This document shows, in pieces, positions 60,271 to 64,000 of a stretch of 64,000 nucleotides of DNA (the first letter of the stretch is position 1; each line of letters opens with the position of its first letter). The notes beneath the pieces are model-generated. The model was not told the DNA's origin and searched no databases. It was given only the letters and a program-made list of their open reading frames with translations. The stretch spans positions 189,102,001 through 189,166,000 of the forward strand of contig NC_058368.1 of the NCBI RefSeq assembly GCF_018350175.1, given 5' to 3'. The position numbers and the translations under genes are program-made. The stretch comes from Felis catus. Lineage: Eukaryota.

Positions 60271-62827
60271 AATTTGGAGTATTTGGGAGTCAGTTATTAT
60301 GTTTTGGTAGTTCGACAAGGAACAGAGACAGGATGGGAAGAGAACATCAAAGTAGAGATTGTCAGGCCCAACCACAGACTCCTCAAAAACTTATTTCTAG
60401 CTTTGTCCTTAATACTGCAGTGCCTAGAACTTTAATTTTTAGCTTACTGACCTTGCTGTTTTACCCAGAGTCAAAGAATCCACCCTTTTCCTAAAAGCTA
60501 AGAAAGAGAGAAAAACAAAGCATACAGAAAGCATCTCTGGGTATACAAAAGGCCACTCAGAGGGTCCATGAGCAGAAGACAGGGAGTGGGGTGGGGGCTC
60601 AAAAGTGTAGAGGAGGGGGTGTGGGTCTCCAGGCCTCTACAGCAGGCTGTCTTCCAAGTCTAATTGCAGCACATTCTTGAGATCTGCCGTCATTCATTGA
60701 GCCATGATGCAAATGCCTCAGCATTATGGGTGGAGAAGAGTTAGCGTATCTATGAAAGACACACAAAAACATATGCTGACCCCTTCAAACCTATGACCAT
60801 ATTCTAAGTGGAGCCAAACTAAATGAAATCAGGTCTCTGTCCAGCATTTGAGAGCCAGTGAAAATAGGAACTCAGTGTTTCTCGAAACTCACAGAGTATA
60901 TTACCTTAGTCATAAAATTGGGGACTTTCAAATCTAATTTGTTCAGCACTAGTGCTGTTGAAGGCTGGGCAGGGTTCCAAAAGAAATCACCTCCACGCAA
61001 ACAGAGATTAGCAGCTCTCCACTGGAGACATATGGGAATGATTCCCTATAATCTCCAGTAATTGTGGCTGTATTACATTCAAATCCTGTTTTCAATTTTC
61101 TTAAACTTCTAGACTGATTGTGTTATTAAATCATGCTGGCTGATGTGTTTAATAAGGACCTATTAAATGTTTATAAAATTAGGGAAATAAATATGGGCTT
61201 TTAGTTGGATTGCCCAATGGATCTGGTAACCTATTGTTAAAATAACAGCCTTGCTGTTAAAACTGGGTCTCCTGACTACATACGCTGGTACTCGCTTTAA
61301 AACACCATCCTAACATTCAAGCAGAGCTGTTTATTCTAACACTCCATTTGCTAAAGAATTTGGCTTCCCCCAGCCCTTCCACTCAACAAAGAAAGAAGTT
61401 ATGCTCAAAGAAGACGAACTCGGTGTAAGATGCAGTGCCTTCGCTGAAAAGAAATGTCACCTCCACGTCCGATGAAGTGTGATAATACCAACTTCCAGAG
61501 AAGACCCAGAGAGACCAGTTTTGTTGTTGCTGTTGTTATTGTTTGAGCCTTCACCTGGCTTAATTTCAAACTGGAAATTGCACTGAAGTTCTCCAAGGCC
61601 TTCATCAGGAAGGTATGATCAGTCCTTAGAGGGGGAAGGAAAACTTGGCTAGGATTTGTACAGCAGGGAGAGAGAATGAATAAAATCCATTCTTCGTGCA
61701 GAGGTGCTGACTTAGGAATGATTTCCCTATCGAATCTTAGTGATCACAGATGATCTGAGTATAGCTCTCTGTGACATGGCTCAGACCAGTTCAGTAGCCT
61801 CTGCCTCCTTGGCATTTGAAAGCAAAGACTAGAAATATCTGCAGAAGAGAGCCAGGCATGATTGGCTAATGCCTTCTTAAAACAGAAGGCTTGCAGTGCC
61901 CAGGACTGTGAGCTGCCAGGGCAGGGGAATTTGCACCCAGCTCTGTCTTCAGTGCTGATTTGACCTGGGAAAAGTATTTCCTTATCTCTGAAATGGAGAT
62001 GTTAACAGTATCCATGTCCAGGGGTTATTGAAATTATTGTACATCAACTGTGTTGTCTGGCACATGGTAAAGGCCCAAAAGTGGTTACTAAAAAAATCAG
62101 AAGTGGAGGTCGCGGTCCAATCTATGATCTCTCTTAAAGTGCTAAAAATCATTACTGTACTATGTTAAAAATAAATGTTAATACAATATTAACTGTCTGA
62201 ATGTGCTCCTAAGTGTGGCATTAAACACACGCAGCACTGCATGATCCTCGTCCAAGGCATTTCCCTGACACGGACACAAAACCATAACTCCAGTCCTCCC
62301 TGCCAAAACACTCTCGGCCACCTGGCCTTAAACCACAGTTTCCTACACCCTCGACCACAACTCGAGTAATTCTGTTATCTTCAAGGCAAATGCAAACCCC
62401 ACTTTCTTGGATGAATTAACCTTTGAGTTTCCCCCAAGGAAGCGGAGGGCAATTAAACAATCTTTCTGGCACTTAAAACAAAACAAAACAACAAACCACA
62501 TCATTATCTTGGTATAAACACACCCCCTTAAAATATTCTAACAAGTGCGTACCCACTCCCCCCACTCGCCCATTGCTTCCACCCCCATTCCAGAATATTG
62601 TAAAGTGATGTGAGAGCTGGCCTGGTTCACATTAGGGGCTCTGAAAGGTTGGAGGAGAATTGGATAGAAGGTTAATATTTGGCAGAACCTTGTAAATGAC
62701 CTGATTGTTATTTTATATTGCCTACGGTCTCCAAACCACTGCTGCTTGCCAGAAAGGCCCCAAGTGTGGCCAGGTAGTTATACACAGCAATGTCACAAGC
62801 CAGCTCCATGGAGGGACACACTTACTC

Positions 62828-62833
62828 TGTGTG

Positions 62834-62878
<45 letters not shown>
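62828..62878. repeat. (TG)n microsatellite
   Basis: Directly visible. Confidence 0.96.
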
Positions 62879-62883
<5 letters not shown>

Positions 62884-63919
62884 ATGAGTGAGTGCACAGG
62901 CACCCTCTGTCTTTCCTTACACCCAGCCAAAATACAGCAGAGACCCAGCACAGCAATTATTTTTACGGATTTTTTTTTTGGTCTGCCCTCAGGGGACCTT
63001 CTCCCAGTTTAATTGTCTAAGGGGATTGTTTCCTTGTGGGATTTTATTTCAAAATGCTCCTGTTAAAATTTCTTTCTGAGGGGGAAGGAAAGAGAGGATG
63101 GATTTTTCTTTTTTAAATCTTAAACACATAAACACACAATCACATCAAAATTCACCAAACTGTGTATCCTGAAATTAATAGAGGTGTTTCATGATGCATA
63201 GATTTTTAAATTATTTGTCTAAAGATATGTTTAGAATTGATTATATTAAAGGTGTATAAATCTTAGGTTCCCTACCCCCACTCCCATGCCTTGGAAATGT
63301 ATTCAAGCAAACCAACTGAATTTTAAGTTAAGACAAACAGGGGGAGAGATCATTTGTCTCCAGTTATACATGAAATAGCTTATAATAGCGGATGCTGAGT
63401 TCATGAAGTATATGTTCGACCCCCTTTGATATAAATTCCATCATCAGCTCACAAAGAAATTGTATTTATGCATAAGACAGTGCTCTCTAACATGAACTCC
63501 TATAAATTATGAGAACAGAAAATCCAAATTTATAAGATGCCATTTCTGGATTTATTTTTAATGCTCTCTCCTGCATATTACCAAACAAATGCCACATTAG
63601 CAGAGCATGAAAGGCTTTTTACTGGCATAAGCTACAGCCATGAAATTCACAGCACAGGCTGGGGGACAGGGGCTTGTGAATGAAGAAGCAAAGAGAAAGT
63701 ATGAGAGGGACCAGCGCTTCTGAGTGCTTGGGAGGTCCAAAGGCCTGTTATTTGCTTTAGGGTAGACAAGCTGGTCATTTTCTTTTGAAGGAAGGAGCAT
63801 GTCTTGATCCATTAATGATAGCAAACACAGGTGATTGTTCTCATTTCCTATGAAATAAGAGGTTGTTTCCCTTCCAAACCCCACCCAGTAGGATCAGATC
63901 CAATTCTCTGCATCTTTCA

Positions 63920-64000
63920 CTAATTCATTCGATCATGCATTAATTCATTTTTTTCATCAAGTATTTGTTGACTGCTCAATATGTATCGACCATTTAGCTA
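63920..64000 (-). mobile_element. L2 3' terminus
   Basis: ATTCATT...CATCAAGTATTTGTTGACTGCTCAATATGT. Confidence 0.6.

Noticed and set aside
61540..61620. Coding exon ending at AAG|GTATGA
   Set aside because: Weak acceptor, upstream in-frame stop, and an unrecognised peptide.
1..64000. ORFs in the supplied track as protein-coding genes
   Set aside because: All are 151 aa or shorter and none resembles a cellular protein I recognise. Many overlap SINE, LINE, LTR or microsatellite sequence, and I could not assemble a consistent exon chain. Small exons of a large gene cannot be fully excluded by eye.
1..64000. NUMT, processed pseudogene or endogenous viral coding sequence
   Set aside because: I recognised no mitochondrial, mRNA-derived or gag/pol/env-like sequence, only solo LTRs. 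A translated homology search would be needed to exclude highly decayed copies.

Overview
Non-coding mammalian DNA, almost certainly from a felid: it carries many tRNA-derived carnivore SINEs of the SINEC_Fc type and L1_Fc-type 3' ends. I found no protein-coding gene, RNA gene, CpG-island promoter or CRISPR array. The ORF track consists of chance ORFs and decayed L1 ORF2 pieces. The window looks like intergenic or deep intronic sequence made of old repeats (L2, MIR, L3/CR1, MLT1 and ERVL LTRs, MER5/MER20/MER47 DNA transposons, L1M) plus young SINEC and L1 insertions with readable target-site duplications (TSDs). Several repeat-poor stretches could be enhancers. I cannot support a new biological system. 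The most unusual structure is an AT-rich scar at ~42755-42945. It holds a triplicated L1 end and a 19-bp segment identical to sequence 2.4 kb downstream, flanked by two fold-back hairpins, consistent with templated-insertion break repair. Repeat subfamily names come from my recall of consensus sequences, and boundaries of old elements are approximate.
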